64,000 nt of DNA, taken from the NCBI GenBank assembly GCA_013239625.1, contig MU053645.1, forward strand, positions 1,232,274 to 1,296,273, in the 5' to 3' direction. The notes beneath the pieces were generated by a model. That model was not told the origin of the DNA. It worked only from the letters and a program-made list of their open reading frames with translations, and searched no databases. The DNA is from Lama guanicoe (taxonomy: Eukaryota). This document shows positions 13,470 through 26,965 of the stretch, piece by piece. How positions within the stretch are numbered: the stretch's first letter is position 1; the number at the start of each line of letters is the position of its first letter. The translations under genes and the position numbers were made by a program.

Positions 13470-14410
13470 CCTTAATTTAATTAACTCGATAAGTACTGAG
13501 AATCAACAATATGTACTTAGCAGAATTAAGGATACAATATTGTGAGGAAAACAATCTTTGTGCTCATGAAACTAATATTCTATTGAGAGAAACACATCTT
13601 AATTAACTAATTATAATTACAGTAAGCAAGAGGAGATATGCATTGTCCCTAGAGACCCAGTCTAATACGTGGTGGGCAAAGGAGTCTTGCTTAAAGAAGT
13701 GACGCTAGATCTGAGCTTTGAAGAATGGGTAGGATTTAAACTAGGTTAAGAGGAAGGAAACTGTTCCAGTTAGAGGCAATAAGATATGCAAGGGCTAAGT
13801 TAGGATGGTCTGATTCAGAAACCAAAGATAGATCAATGTAACTGAAGCAGAGAATGTGTATTGAAGAGTGGTAGGAAAGAAAGCTGTAGAAGCAAGCAGG
13901 AGCCAGAACCTGCAGGGCATCGTAGGCCTTGGTAAGGAATTTGGACCTTCTCAAAGTGCAGGGGGAAGCAAAGGTTTTACGCAAGAAGTGACACAATCTG
14001 ACTATTTTGGAACAGATCACTCTAGCTGCTGTGCTAAGAATGCATAAAAGCAGCAGCAGAGATAGTAGGGGAGCATTCTCAAATTGGTACTGTTTTTCAA
14101 AGGTAATATGTTGACATGATGGCCATTAGGACAATAATAAAAAAATACTGCTGAGGCAGCATGAAAGAAGAGCTTAAACCATACAGAAATGGTAGAAATA
14201 TATACTACAGAAAAAGTTGTCGAAAAGCTGTACTTCCGTATTTGCTTGATCTCCCAGAAACTACAGACTCACTTTGCCTAGTTTTTAGATCCTGGCTACT
14301 CTTCTGATTAGAGGAGGGAAAAGACTGGGTACAGGGGGGACCAGGTTGGAAGTGTTACAATGGTCCACATGATAGATAATAGTGGCCCAGAATAGAGTGA
14401 AAATAGTACT
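13470..14410 (-). mobile_element. L2 fragments
   Basis: aaagaagtgacgctagatctgagctttgaagaatgggtaggattt...cgtaggccttggtaaggaatttgg...cagatcactctagctgctgtg. Confidence 0.7.
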
Positions 14411-15029
14411 TATCAAAAGTATCCCTAAGAGGTAACATATCTCACATAACTGATAATAGCCCTTTGTACAAGTTAACATCTTTTCCCTCAACTGAGTTCT
14501 TCCAAATAAATTCTCACTGATACCCACAATAGTTTCCTTGCCTGTTTTTTTTCTCCTTCTCCAGTAAGCATGATCTTATTGCAAAAATATACATGTTTTT
14601 CTTTTGCAAAACAGGGTTGTTACTTGAACTTGACTTGTCTGTTTGGGGGAACTCTGGAATGCACGGATCTATTTTGTGGCTCAATTTGCACATGTTCCTC
14701 TAGACACTATGGAGGACATATGCGTATCTAAGAATGTTGTAAAGTTTCCTACGTACTTAAGTTTGAATGCTTCAAGGAGGAAGTGAAAGGCTATAGTTCA
14801 CATCTTTAGGAAATGTAACAGCTCACCCTGAGCCAAGGTACTGTTCATGCCTTAAACAATACTAAACATTTTGTATAGCAATTCAGATTTTAAAGCAAAT
14901 TATTTAACAGCTTGTTTCTCTGAAAAAAGTAAAAAGAGGAGTATGATTTTGTAAGTTACACAGGCTCCTTGGGTTGAAAAAGCAAAATGTATCAGTCAAT
15001 CTGGTGGGAGAAAGAAAGAAGCAAGAAAT

Positions 15030-15510
15030 ATATACTGAGCACTATTGTGTGTCATATTCCATACTAGGTGCTTTATAGTAAAACTGTATTACAGTATAAC
15101 TGTACAATCTGCAGCCAGATTGCTTCAGAATGAGTCCTGGCTGTGTCATTTGCTAGCTGTAGGCTTCAGGCAAACTTAATCTGTTTGTATCTGTTTTTTT
15201 CCGTCTGTGAATGAGGTAACAACAGTATCTTTCTCTTGTAGGCACTATTCCATAAGGGACTTCATAAATAGGATCATACCTGGCATATAATAAGCAACCA
15301 ATCAGTATTAATTGCTATTACCATCATCATCATCTAATTCTTATAATAAGGGTAGTACTGAGTAAAATATTATTGCCACTTTACAGATAAGGACACTGGG
15401 ACCCAAAGAGTTTAGTCAAGTTGCCCTAAGATCACATAACTAGGAAGTAGTGGAGCTGATATTCAAAATCAAGTCTTTTGGACTCTAAAACCGTGTTCTT
15501 TACACTTGAT
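15030..15510. repeat. Nested MIR elements (plus-strand MIR inside a minus-strand MIR)
   Basis: tactgagcactattgtgtgtc...taggtgcttt, then ctgtgtcatttgctagctgt...tctgtgaatgagg, then cactttacagataaggacactggg...aagatcacataactaggaagt. Confidence 0.65.
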
Positions 15511-16549
15511 CATATCATCAAGAGTCCCGGGAATTCTGGGTGAAAATTTCAGCCACAGTGAAAGCTCCAAACTACGATCTAGCCTTCTCAAGTTCTAGGT
15601 TAGGGGCTGGTACAGGGAAGGGTCCACATTCCCTGACTGGTTCTCCCTGCTCTAACTATATTTCTTTCCTCTCTGGTTCTGCCCATTCCTTTCAAGGCTG
15701 GGTACATCCTAATCGTGCACTCTACTTAAGCACCTTCCCATTTTGGTCAATTGTTCCAAATCATGAACTAAGCCAGGGTCAGATTTCTTTATATGGATTT
15801 CTTCTGAGCCTGGCACAGAAAGACCAAAAAAAGTTGGATGAGAGGGGAGAGGAGAAGAAAAGAGATAATGAAGGGAAAGCATGTTATTATGTTATTATTA
15901 TTATTATATAGTAATATTGCTATCAATATTGTTATAATAATAATGAGCATATTATTTAATGGTACAAAAGTAATCACTAGAACAGAAACTCTTAACACTA
16001 GTTGCCTCTGGAGAGTGAGACTAGACCATATTTTTTTTTCTTTTGTGCCCTTCTAACTGTATCCTTTTTAGTTACTTTAACGTTTATTAGTTTGTTGTTT
16101 TGTCCAAGGGCAAGCATTGCTTCTGTAATTTGGAAAGAAATGGTTTAAATTAGCAAGCAAAAATAATTTGGTGGCTAGGCAGGTGAACAAATGACTACTA
16201 GATGGTTGCATGGTTGATTGGCATGAAGGAAGGGAGAGTGGGAAGGAGGGAGGAAAAAGGATGACTCATCTACAAAGTAGAATGCTGTGTAGCCATTGGG
16301 AAGAGTAAGGCAGGGATAAGTTCAAAGTCTGTTGTTGGTAAAGGGGCACAAGCTTGTAGAACAGTATAAAAACAAAGCTGCTTTCCAACACAGTTTACAT
16401 ACAAAAGTAATATCCACTTATCAAATAGCTAAATGGTACATGATACAGTGAAGAGTGCTGTCTCCCTTCTTATACCACATTTCCACAATCAGCAGAGGTA
16501 AGTAACTACTGTTTGAATCCATACAGACATCATTTTATATATAACATAA

Positions 16550-17020
16550 ATAAAACAAGTTTATAATGAATATCCTCATGTATATGTGTGTGTATATATG
16601 TGGGCACACATCTGTATATGTGTATTATGTTCATATGAAGATATTTTTATGAGATAAATTCTCAGAAGAATGATGGGTCCAAAGCTAAACAGATTTTATA
16701 TTTTAAAATATATTACCAAATTTTCTCCAATAAACCTAACACCAATTTATACTCCCACCAATAGCATACGAGAGTGGTTATTTACTTCACATTCTCAACC
16801 AACATTAACGTATTATTTTAATTTGCATTTACATTTTCAATTACAAGTGTGATAGAGCATCTTTTCACATATTTATGGGCTACTAATATTTCCTTTTTTC
16901 AGTAAATCTTTTTTCATATCTTTTGTCTTAATTTCCATTCATGTATTTAATTTTTTTAATGTTTTATAATGAAAATTATCCAACTGTCTATTATACACGT
17001 TACAAATATTTTTACCAGTA
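16550..17020 (-). mobile_element. Ancient L1 fragment
   Basis: accaatttatactcccaccaatagcatacgagagtg...acattctcaaccaacatt...gagcatcttttcacatatttatggg (antisense ORF2 end). Confidence 0.75.
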
Positions 17021-17707
17021 AAAAGTTTTAAAGTCAAAGTGTTCTGAAAGTCAAAAATATTAACTGCCAAGTAGAATGAATGTTCATTCTAAAAAATGAA
17101 AGCACTAAAACCCAGGTGTCTGAGGCATTCTTCTTAAAAAAGAAAAAAAGCACAGGAAGTCTTTTTTGTAGAAAAAAGAAAAAATACAGTCTATGGAAAT
17201 TGCCATCTTCAATATCACCGACTATTTACACAGCATTTTGACGATCATTAAGCCAAGAGAACCTGCAGGGATGGGATGGATACACATGCAATACATCAGC
17301 GCCTGCCAGGAAGCTGAACCACTTATAGAGTATACTCAATTTGAGGACTTCTTTTGTTCCCCTCATTCCTTTACCATGAATGGACAGGAAGGTACTTGTT
17401 TGGTAAATTGTTCCAGCAACAAAAGATTCCATATTTCTTATTTACAGTAAATGGCTAGCACCTGGAATCAGTCTGTTAGACAACATTGCTGTGAATGTAA
17501 TAAACTGAATGGTAATTCAGCCACATCCTGGCCCTTCATCCTTCAAATGACTTAGCTGTTCCTCAGTTTCAAAAGTATGAATTTGTATTGGTCAAGATTG
17601 CCCCCCAAAAGACCCTGAGAAGTCTGGGTCAGTGCCAATCCCAGGATGAGAGTGTATCAAGTCTATTCTGGGACAGATCTCAATGGCTGAGATAATGGCC
17701 CCCAGCC

Positions 17708-17913
17708 CAAGGTATGCTGGAAATGTTTACCAACCAGCTCTTCAAGGGGAAGGGAAGCTCTGGTTGATCGCCTTCGCCTATTCTTGTGGTGTAAATACTC
17801 CCACAATGGTCGATTTCAATCTACCAACCTTATGTCATTCAACACAGCATTAGGAAGAAATATACACAATCAGCTCTTACTAGCCAGACCAAACTGGTTC
17901 CGGCACACTACTG
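17708..17913. mobile_element. MER63A-like hAT-Blackjack MITE
   Basis: ggtatgctggaaatgtttaccaaccagctc...gtggtgtaaatactcccacaatggtcgatttcaa...ctggttccggcacactactg with imperfect terminal inverted repeats. Confidence 0.75.
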
Positions 17914-19959
17914 TCCTTAACTCTGTTTTAGAAACCTAATGGTACATGTATGCAGCTATTCTAGAAGCAACCTGTCCTTTGGAACTAATGTATATTCAGA
18001 CTGGGATGACTTCCACTAAGCAGCCTGGGTAAGTGTCCTGGATGACAGGCCATGATGCCAAATGTCTAGCACTCAAGCTACTGCTCTTCCCTTTAACCTA
18101 GAAAAGTTCAAAATATACAGTCTTCCCAACAGATTATTGCATACTTCCCTTACTATGTAAAAGTAAAGCATCATCAATAGATTGTTGTAAGCCATGGTTA
18201 AATACAAACAATGTAAAGGTAAGTTTCTAGACATTAAAGACAAAACAAAACAAAACAAAACAAGCTTACAAGTCTCAATCAAATTGAAAGTTTTGACAGT
18301 TTGGTGACCAGTATTTGACTTCACAGGCTGCCATTAAAAATTAATGAGAGACTGTGGATGGAAATAATACAAAATTCCAGGATCTTATTTCCTTAAGAGA
18401 TGCAAAAAAACAAGTCATAAAAATGTATGTTCTCATCTCAATAGGAGACATCTGCACACTATTCAACTATATTTTTGTTCATTGATTAAACAGACAAAGC
18501 ACATTTTTGTGAGTGAGTCCTGCCCTTTAAGATCCACTGGTACCCACAAGCAACCTCACTCAGACAAACCGAGCACAGCACTGATGTCAGAATTGCAGTT
18601 GGATCCCATGCAGACCGGTGAGACTTGCTCTGTAGCATAGCCATAGGCCAAAAGCCTCACCTTGACCTTTGTCCCCCAAAGGTATTACACTGGTCCTCAG
18701 GGAAGTAAGGTGAGTGAAAAGCTCAAATGCGACCCATTTACTAGTGACAAAAGTCAGTCATCCTAAACTAGTGGAGGTTTAGCATCATCTCTATATACGT
18801 TACTGACCCTAAGTAGGCAAACTGGTATTAGTTATTGTAGCTTTGACAGGAGGTTAACAGGGTTTGCTACATGACTGACAATCTCTTACAACCACATCCG
18901 GAAACTGCTCTCGAGTATGAGGCAAAGCTGGAGCAAACACCTTTCTTCCTGTTCACATCTTCAATCAGATTTATTCATAGTACCCTCTGCCGTTCTGTAA
19001 AAATATTACACCAACACCAGGAGGGAGAAGAAAGTCAATACACCTGCCATAAGAGACCCATCAAAGACATGGATTCACTATCACAATCAGAGAAGTGTGA
19101 GTATTCTGAGGCAGCCTGCTAACATTCCCAAGCCCCTATTAAAGGAATTTATTCCAAATGTGTTTCTTGCTTAAGGAACTGATGGGCAAATAAACATAAG
19201 ACAACAATTGTAATCAAGACTTCTTGCATGAGATACCTCTCTCTGGAGCTCTAGATACTCTTATTAAATGACAGGATTTCATTAGGTGAACTTGCATAAT
19301 ATTTGGTTCTACGCCAGAGCATTTTTACAACAGAAGAACTAAGGTATGACTAATTTAACTGATTCTCCAAAGAAAGTTGCAATGGTAAGTCAAATTAAAA
19401 ATAATGTAACCAAATCCAAATCTCCTGAATCACACTTCACCCGATGACAATGTATGGCAAAGCTACTGAGTACTGCTCATAGCCCATCTTGCTAATGGGC
19501 TGTACAGCTCTTCCTTTTCTTTCTGTTCCCTTCCTTCCTGCATTTCTTCCAGTTCTAGAAAGAAAACGAAGTATCAATCTCCCTCTTGACTGGTTAATAC
19601 CCGCTCTAAGTGAGAACAAACATCTCTCATTAAATATATTTAAAATACATACATTAAAAATATATAAAAAGCAAAATATGTATATATATATATATATGTA
19701 TTTGCTTATTAAAATGGTACCATAAAGTCAACTCTGCCAGAATCTCTTGAGATACTTGTTGTTTGTCAATCGTGAGCTGGTTTCAAAAGTTTCACGGAAT
19801 ACAAATGAATTGTTCTATGTCAAGGTCTGGTGAGCACAGTCCAAAAGCCAAGCATGGGCACTAAACTGACTAACAAAAAATAACCAGCTACCTATTACTG
19901 TCTTCCAAGTTGACCTCACCATCTCTTTTAATGTCCTATCAGTCATTTTATGCTCTGAA

Positions 19960-20450
19960 AACCTTTCCTGGATTCCTGCCTTTAGAATAAAGGCTAAAAT
20001 CCTTCATACGACCTACAAGGCCCCTCACAATATGCCAGCAGCCATACTCTCCAGTCTCACATCCAGCTAAAATTCCCATTACTTCCTGTGCTTCAGCCAC
20101 ACTGGACTTCACAAAGTCCCTAGAATATGGCATATTGTCTCATTTCCAGGATCCCACACACACTCTCCCTTGTGACTAGAACCACAGTACTTTTTTACCT
20201 GGCTAACTTTTCTCATCTTTCAAGTCTAACTTCAATATACAGCTCTTCCAGAGCGTTTCCTGATTGGCAGGTCTGACAAGACCCCTCCCTTTAACATTTC
20301 TATTGCGCCCTGTATCTCTCAATGATAACACTCAGCACACTTGTGACTATTTCTTCAATGTCTGTCTTTATTTTTATATTTTCTTCTCCATAGTATTTAA
20401 TACAGTATTATGCATACAGCAAGTGCCAATAAATACAGTTATTTAATAAG
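19960..20450 (+). mobile_element. L2 3' fragment
   Basis: ctgaaaacctttcctggattcctgcctttagaataaaggctaaaatcctt...cctggctaacttttctcatctttcaagtct...caagtgccaataaatac. Confidence 0.75.
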
Positions 20451-22669
20451 CTTTAACAATCTTTCTTGGCTAGTAATACAGGTAACCCCTCCCTGGTTTG
20501 CACATCCTAAGTTAAAGACAACTCTAATAAAATAGAACTTTAATACTGTTCCTACTTTTGAATAGGTGAACGTGCTTTCATCATTCTATTTTCACAGCAT
20601 AAAACTTGATTTACTAATACTCTGAAGAGCTTTGTAGCTTCTAATTCTGTACTACTGCTGTCCATACGATTCTCATTAAAATGAGGCCCAGACTTGATGG
20701 CAGCTTTCCATTGTTTGGTTTCGTGTCAAAAATACCTCTAGGAAACAAATTACTGTTTTCTACATAAAGCATGAACTGGCAACACTAATTCTTTTGTCTT
20801 TTTGCTAGCCCTGTAGATAATGATTTATGTTGCACTGCCTTTTATGCTATCCCCCATTTTTCTGTGATGTTTAATTTTAATGAGGATTTCTATCATCTTG
20901 TCCCTCCCTGTGCTCCCAACCAGCTTGTGCCGCTTGTCACCAAAAAGGTTTTGTTTGCATTTTCTCTCTCCTACTGCTGATTTCTTAACATTAGTTTTCC
21001 TTCCCAGATGCTGTTCTAATGGACTTCTGATCACAGCATTTCTATTAACATACACCTGAGACATGCCAACATTTAAAAAGGCAAACAAAACACACAAAAT
21101 AACCTCGCAGCCCACACATAAATGAATGCACAACCTAAAGGCTCCCTCATCAGCACTATTCCTTAAGAGTCATAGCCTTTTCCTTCAATCTGGAGTTCAC
21201 TGAGGAATAAATGGGTTTTCCTTTTTGCGTGATTCACCAAGTAGCTCAACCAACTTCTTTAAATGATTATATATGTACACTAAGCCCATGGGGAAAAAAA
21301 TTTTTATTCTATCTGTGTTTGGAGGATTCTTCAAGGTAAAAATAAACATATAAAAGGTTTTCTCCTAAGTCAACAATCGCCCTGCGTGGATCTGTTCATT
21401 CATTTAAACTAACCATCACTACACACAATGTATAAATAATTCTTCCAGGCCCCTTAAAGGACACAAACTTAGAGATGTGGTCCCTTCCCTCAAAGTCATT
21501 TCAACTAAAATGTACATCTCATCACCCTACTCCACTCCACCCCAACTCTATCACCATCTTCAGAAATAACTCCTCTGTTTTCTTCTGTTAAAGCTTCTAC
21601 AAATGAATTTTCTTTCCATCTAGTTCTACTCTATTCCTTCAGCCTTTATAAATGAATACATTTTCTTCTGTATTAGCTGAGTGTCCTTCACATGTGTATG
21701 CTATTAACATTATTTATAAACATTTAAGAAAGACCATGGAGCCCCATCTACCATGATACCTACAATCCCTACCATTTGCGGAACTCCTTTAGGTTAAAGC
21801 ATTGTCCCAAGGCCCCTCTTAATATGTAATTGTTACTTGGAAGTTACAGTACATTCTAAACCATAATATGTAATCATAAATATGTTCACTGAATAGTTTA
21901 TAAAATATAGGAACAAGAAATTTTATCATGGAAGGAAAAAGGTCAAGGGAACAATATCTACCAGAGAGCACAAGTCTAGGCAAGAGCTGAAGGGGTCTGT
22001 GACCCAACCACGACCCAACACAACGGCACCAGGTAAAGGGATTTAGAATAACCAGGCAGAGGAGAAAAGACCACCAAAGGACAGCATCACTTCCCTCACA
22101 ATTCTGTTAAAAGTCAATCTTGCATTTCAACATCTCACTTTCCTAGACCCCAAAATCTGAAAGGACAATGAGTATGGAGATGGCCGCAACTAGCAAGTTC
22201 CCTTTGTGTCCACATCAGTTGCTGAGAGTTGTCTGCAAGCCACAGAGCTGTCATGAAAACTGGCTGCAAACCACTTCTGCTGTTTCCTACTCCTATCTTA
22301 CCTATAGTCCTGTTTCCCTGCAGTCATGGTAGAAAGGCAAGTGGAGAACACAAAAAAAAAGTCTAAGTCACTAGTACAGGAAGACAAACCTACTGATATT
22401 CTCCATTGCTAGAATCCATTACCACAATTGTAGAAGGATTTTTTGTATGTCCAGAAGAATTAACTATACAATTCTTTGGAGGACAGCCATTGGTTGACGT
22501 TTCACTAAAAGTGTACTGAAAACAATATAATGCCTAATTCTATATATTTCTGAAACCTAAGTGTCCCATAATTTCTGTGAAGGCAGTATTTCAATTTCTA
22601 GACAAAAAGAATGTTTCACAAAATTTACCTAAAGTATTACTGTGAATAATGGTGAAAATAAAAACTCCA

Positions 22670-24812
22670 TCTCTTACTCGATGTTCAATAGGCACTTAAA
22701 ACTCAGGCTATCCAAAACAGAACTAAAAACCTTCCCCCCAAAGCCGGCTGTTCCTCTCATGACTGGTATCTCTGTTAATGGTGTTTCCATTCATGTCCAC
22801 TTTTTTTTAATAAGTTTATCATAAAATGAAATTTATTGTTGTTCAACTATCATAATAACTGAGTTTTACAACATTGTCATCACTCCATCTCTTGTGTCCA
22901 TTTGCAGTTAATACTCATACCCAACCTCCAGCCCTTGACAAGAAATAGTCCACTTTTTGTCTCTATGTATTTGTCCTGTCTGAACGTTTATATGGTATAT
23001 CATTTTAGTTTATCATTTTTTTGTGTCTAGCTTTTTTCAGTTAGTATTATGATTTAGAGGTTGATTCATGACAGCATGTATCAGTAGTTCATTTCTTTTT
23101 ATTGCTGAATAGTATTCCATTGTAAGGGTATGCACATCTTGTAATTGATGGAACTTTGGATTATTTCCGATTTTTCACTATTGTGATGTTTTTATGAATG
23201 TGTAGTGTAAGTCTTTGTGCAGAAATGTTTTCATTTCCCTTGGGGGGTGGGTACCTATGGGTAGAATGCTGGGTCTTACTGTAAAGTTTATGTTTAACAA
23301 TTTAAGAAATTGCCAAACTGCTTTTCAAAGAGGATGTGCCATTTTACATTCTCACCAGCAATAAATGAGGGTTACGGTTTCCAACACTCTTGTCAATACT
23401 TGTATTGTTCATCTTGTTTACTAAACCATTCGAGATGACGTGTAGTGGTATCATTACAGTTTTAATGTACATTTTCCTAATGACTATATAATTTTTTAAT
23501 TGAAGTATAGTCAATTACAATGTGCCTGTCTCTGGTATATAGCACAATATCCTAGTCATGCATATATAGAAATATATTTGTTTTCATATTTCTTCCATTA
23601 AAGGTTATTACAAGATATTGAACATAGTTCCCTGTGCTATACAGAAGAAACTTTGTAAAATCTATTTTTATATATAGTGGCTAACATTTGTAAATCTCAA
23701 ACTCCGAAATTTATCCCTTCCCACCCCTTTTCCCTGCTGGTAACCATAAGTTTGTTTTCTGTGTCTGAGAGTATCTCTGTTCTGTAAATAAGTTCCTTTG
23801 TGTCCTACTTTTTTTAGATTCCACATATAAGTGATATCATATGGTATTTTTCTTTCTCTTTCTGCCTTACTTCACTTAGAATGACGATCTCTAGGTCCAT
23901 CCACATTGCTGCAAATGACATTATTTTATTCTTTTTATGGCAGAGTAGTATTCCATTGTATAAATATACCACAAATTCTTTATCCAGTCATCTGTTGATG
24001 GACATTTAGGTTGCTTCCATGTCTTGGCTATTGACTTCCATGTCTATTGTATATACTGCTGCTATGAACATTGGGGTGCATGTGTCTTTTTGACTTAGAG
24101 TTCCCTCTGGATATATGCCCAGGAGTGGGATTGCTGGATCATATCATAAGTCTATTTTTAGTCTTTTGAGGAATCTCCAACTGTTTTCCATAATGGCTGC
24201 ACCAAACTACATTCCCAACAGCGGTGTAGGAGGGTTCCCTTTTCTCCACAGTCCCTCCAGCATTTATCACTTGTGGACTTTTGAATGATGGCCATTCTGA
24301 CTGGAGTGAGGTGATATCTCATTGTAGTTTTGATTTGCATTTCTCTGATAATTAGTGATATTGAGCATTTTTTCATGTGCCTATTGGCCATTTGTATGTC
24401 TTCACTGGAGAATTGCTTGTTTAGGTCTTCTGCCCATTTTTGGATTGGGTTGTTTGTATTTTGGTATTAAGTTGTATGAGCTGTTTATATATTCTGGAAA
24501 TTAAGCCTTTGTCAGTCGCATCATTTGCAAATATTTTCTCCCATTCTGTAGGCTGTCATTTTGTTTTGCTTATAGTTACCTTTGCTGTACATGTCCACTC
24601 TTAAAGGTAGAACTTTCAAAGTCACCCCAAACTCCTCTTCTTCATGGCACATATCCAAATCAATCATTAACATCTCCTGTATCTGTTCCTTCTTCTCTGT
24701 CCCATGACCATTGCCTTACTTCAGAGAATCATGTTTTTCTAAATTGGGCTGTTACCAAAGCCTCAGAAATGGTCTGCCTTCCTCTAAACCATCCTTCATT
24801 TTGCCTACCAAT
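22670..24812 (+). mobile_element. L2 fragment split by the L1 composite (halves ~22670-22800 and ~24600-24812)
   Basis: gatgttcaataggcacttaaaactcaggctatccaaaacagaact...ttccattcatgtccact resumes as cttaaaggtagaactttcaaagtcaccccaaactcctctc...atccaaatcaatc. Confidence 0.7.
22801..24589 (-). mobile_element. Composite L1 insertion: young 5'-truncated L1 (~23493-24589) plus 3'-transduced old L1MB-like segment (22801-~23490)
   Basis: ORF 24158-24391 is an L1 ORF2 peptide; one TSD, catgtccact (22792-22801 / 24590-24599), brackets both parts; poly-T at 22801-22808. Confidence 0.85.
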
Positions 24813-24815
24813 TTA

Positions 24816-25034
24816 CAGTTGTCCCTTGGTATCTGCAGGGGATTGGTTCCAGAACCCATCAAGAACACCAAAATCTAAAGACACTCAAGTCCCATAGCCA
24901 GACCCCTGTATCCATGGTTCCGCATCTGCAGATTCAACCAACCATGGATCCTGTGATATTGTACTTACTAACGAAAAAAATCCACATACATGTAGACCCA
25001 GGCAGTTCAAAACATGCTGTTCAAGGGTCAACTG
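24816..25034. mobile_element. MER8/MER2-like Tigger (Tc1-mariner) MITE
   Basis: TIRs cagttgtcccttg ... caagggtcaactg flanked by TA target duplication. Confidence 0.9.
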
Positions 25035-25659
25035 TATTTTCATAAGAAATACACTTTACCATGTCTCTCTTTATTATTAAATTCTCTCTATCCACCTGCT
25101 AACTGCATCATGAAATCCAAGCTCATACAGGCAGTTGGAAGATCCCCTGTGGACTTAGGTCAACCCACCTTTCCAGCTTCATCTTCTGCCTCTCCATTCA
25201 CCCACTCTCAGCCTCAGCTACTTTGCACTTCTGTTTTTAAATCTCAGCTTGTTTTCTGACTCTGTCATTTCTGCACATGCTAGTCCTACATCCTACAATG
25301 CCTCTCTCCCCTGAAAATGATCTTCCTTCAGAGCCACGAAATAATAACAATCTGAACTCTTCTCCACAGCCACTCTCTGGAAGAGCCAGGGTGCAAGAGG
25401 AGGGGCCAATAACAAAGGTGTGCAGACAAGCCTACCCAGGTACACTCAGCAGCATAACAACCAAAACAGTCAATTAGAAGCCAGACAAGGAAGGGATGCT
25501 TTGGTCCTTGAATCCTCTTTTAATTATTCACATTGATGATGCAAAATATTGATGCTCCCTGCCTGCATCCCTCAATTTTGCTCCTCTGACTAATATCTCA
25601 AGCTCAGCTCCCATCTTCAACACATCCTCACTAGCCTCTGTACTACTTGGTCACAGCCT

Positions 25660-26127
25660 CCAAGTCAGGTGTCTGGTGTCTGTGAATTTCAATGGAAAAA
25701 AAACATTGTACCATTAATTTCACTCATTTCTGATAGAAATTTAGCATTTCCTTCCATTATGAGTCTACGCAACAAACCATAGTAGTATTAGCTGAACCTG
25801 TAATGTTGTCACTAATAGAAACCACAGATAATTTTAGATCACATTACAATTGTGGCAGATGTCTCAAAATATTTACATAATTCTACTACTTCAAATTATG
25901 GTAATATAATACTGCTAGCTCTCATTAATGTGTTGATTAAAAGCATGTAAATTACTATATAAAATTTGTTTTAAAAATATTTTGATAACTATTTCAATCT
26001 AATTGGTTTCCTTTGTGAGCCTGTGTATTTTATTTGAAGCATGTATTAATAGTTTCTGAGAAGGGATCTATAGGTTTCACCAGACCACCAAAAGGGACCA
26101 AAGCATCAAAAACTTTGAGTACCTCCT
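25660..26127. mobile_element. hAT-Charlie DNA transposon (Charlie4a-like)
   Basis: gaaatttagcatttccttccattatg...caacaaaccatagtagtattagc...tctgagaagggatctataggtttcaccagac. Confidence 0.7.
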
Positions 26128-26779
26128 CTAGAACAATGCTTTTCATATGTCAGCCTGTAACAGAACTGAAATGCCTGGCCTCTATCCCCAGAGATTCTGG
26201 CTAGTTTTCTAGCCAAGGATCTTCATTTTGAACTAACATTCCCAGGTGATTTTTATGTAGCAGATCCTTGGACATTAGTTTGATAGATACGAATCTATTA
26301 ATATGTTACCTAGGTCATATTACCTAGTTGGAGGAAGATATAATATTTGCATAATTTGATGACAAATGGAAAGTTGTTAAATTTCAGAATTACTCTCTCT
26401 GTTAAGACTTGAATATTCTCAAAGCTTCACAGACTATGAGAGAAATCTTCTAATTCTTAACAGTATATTTAGAAAAAAATGTAATCCTGGTCACTTTAAG
26501 GAGGTTCAGGGTACAGGAAAAAGACATAAAAGATCAAGCATCAAGATGACTTGCAGAGTTGAAATATATGAAATATGTTGGACTTTCTCCAACAAGCTAT
26601 AGAAAATCACTGACGGTTGCCAGATTTCCCTTTTATCTTGTCTCCAACTATGGTAAGTCTACCACTACCATGATTATCATCATTAAAATGCATTTCATGT
26701 CCATCTGACTCGTCTCCTGAACCCCACGTTGTCACATGTGCATGTGTCCCTTGCACACGGCATGTCCAGTCAGCCAGCC

Positions 26780-26965
26780 AGAGCCCAGGCATCACCACTG
26801 ATGACTCCTTCCCCCTCCCACACTAAACCCAACTAAGTCTAATTAATGTGATTTCCAAAATATCTCCCAAATCTGACATTTCTCTTCATCTCCACTGGAG
26901 TCACACTAGGTGAAGTTCACTACCATCTCCTTCCTGGACCACTGCAGTAGTCCCCTTACAGATGC
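26780..26965 (+). mobile_element. L2 fragment
   Basis: gcatcaccactgatgactccttcccc...tctcttcatctccactgg...taccatctccttcctggaccactgcagtag. Confidence 0.6.
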
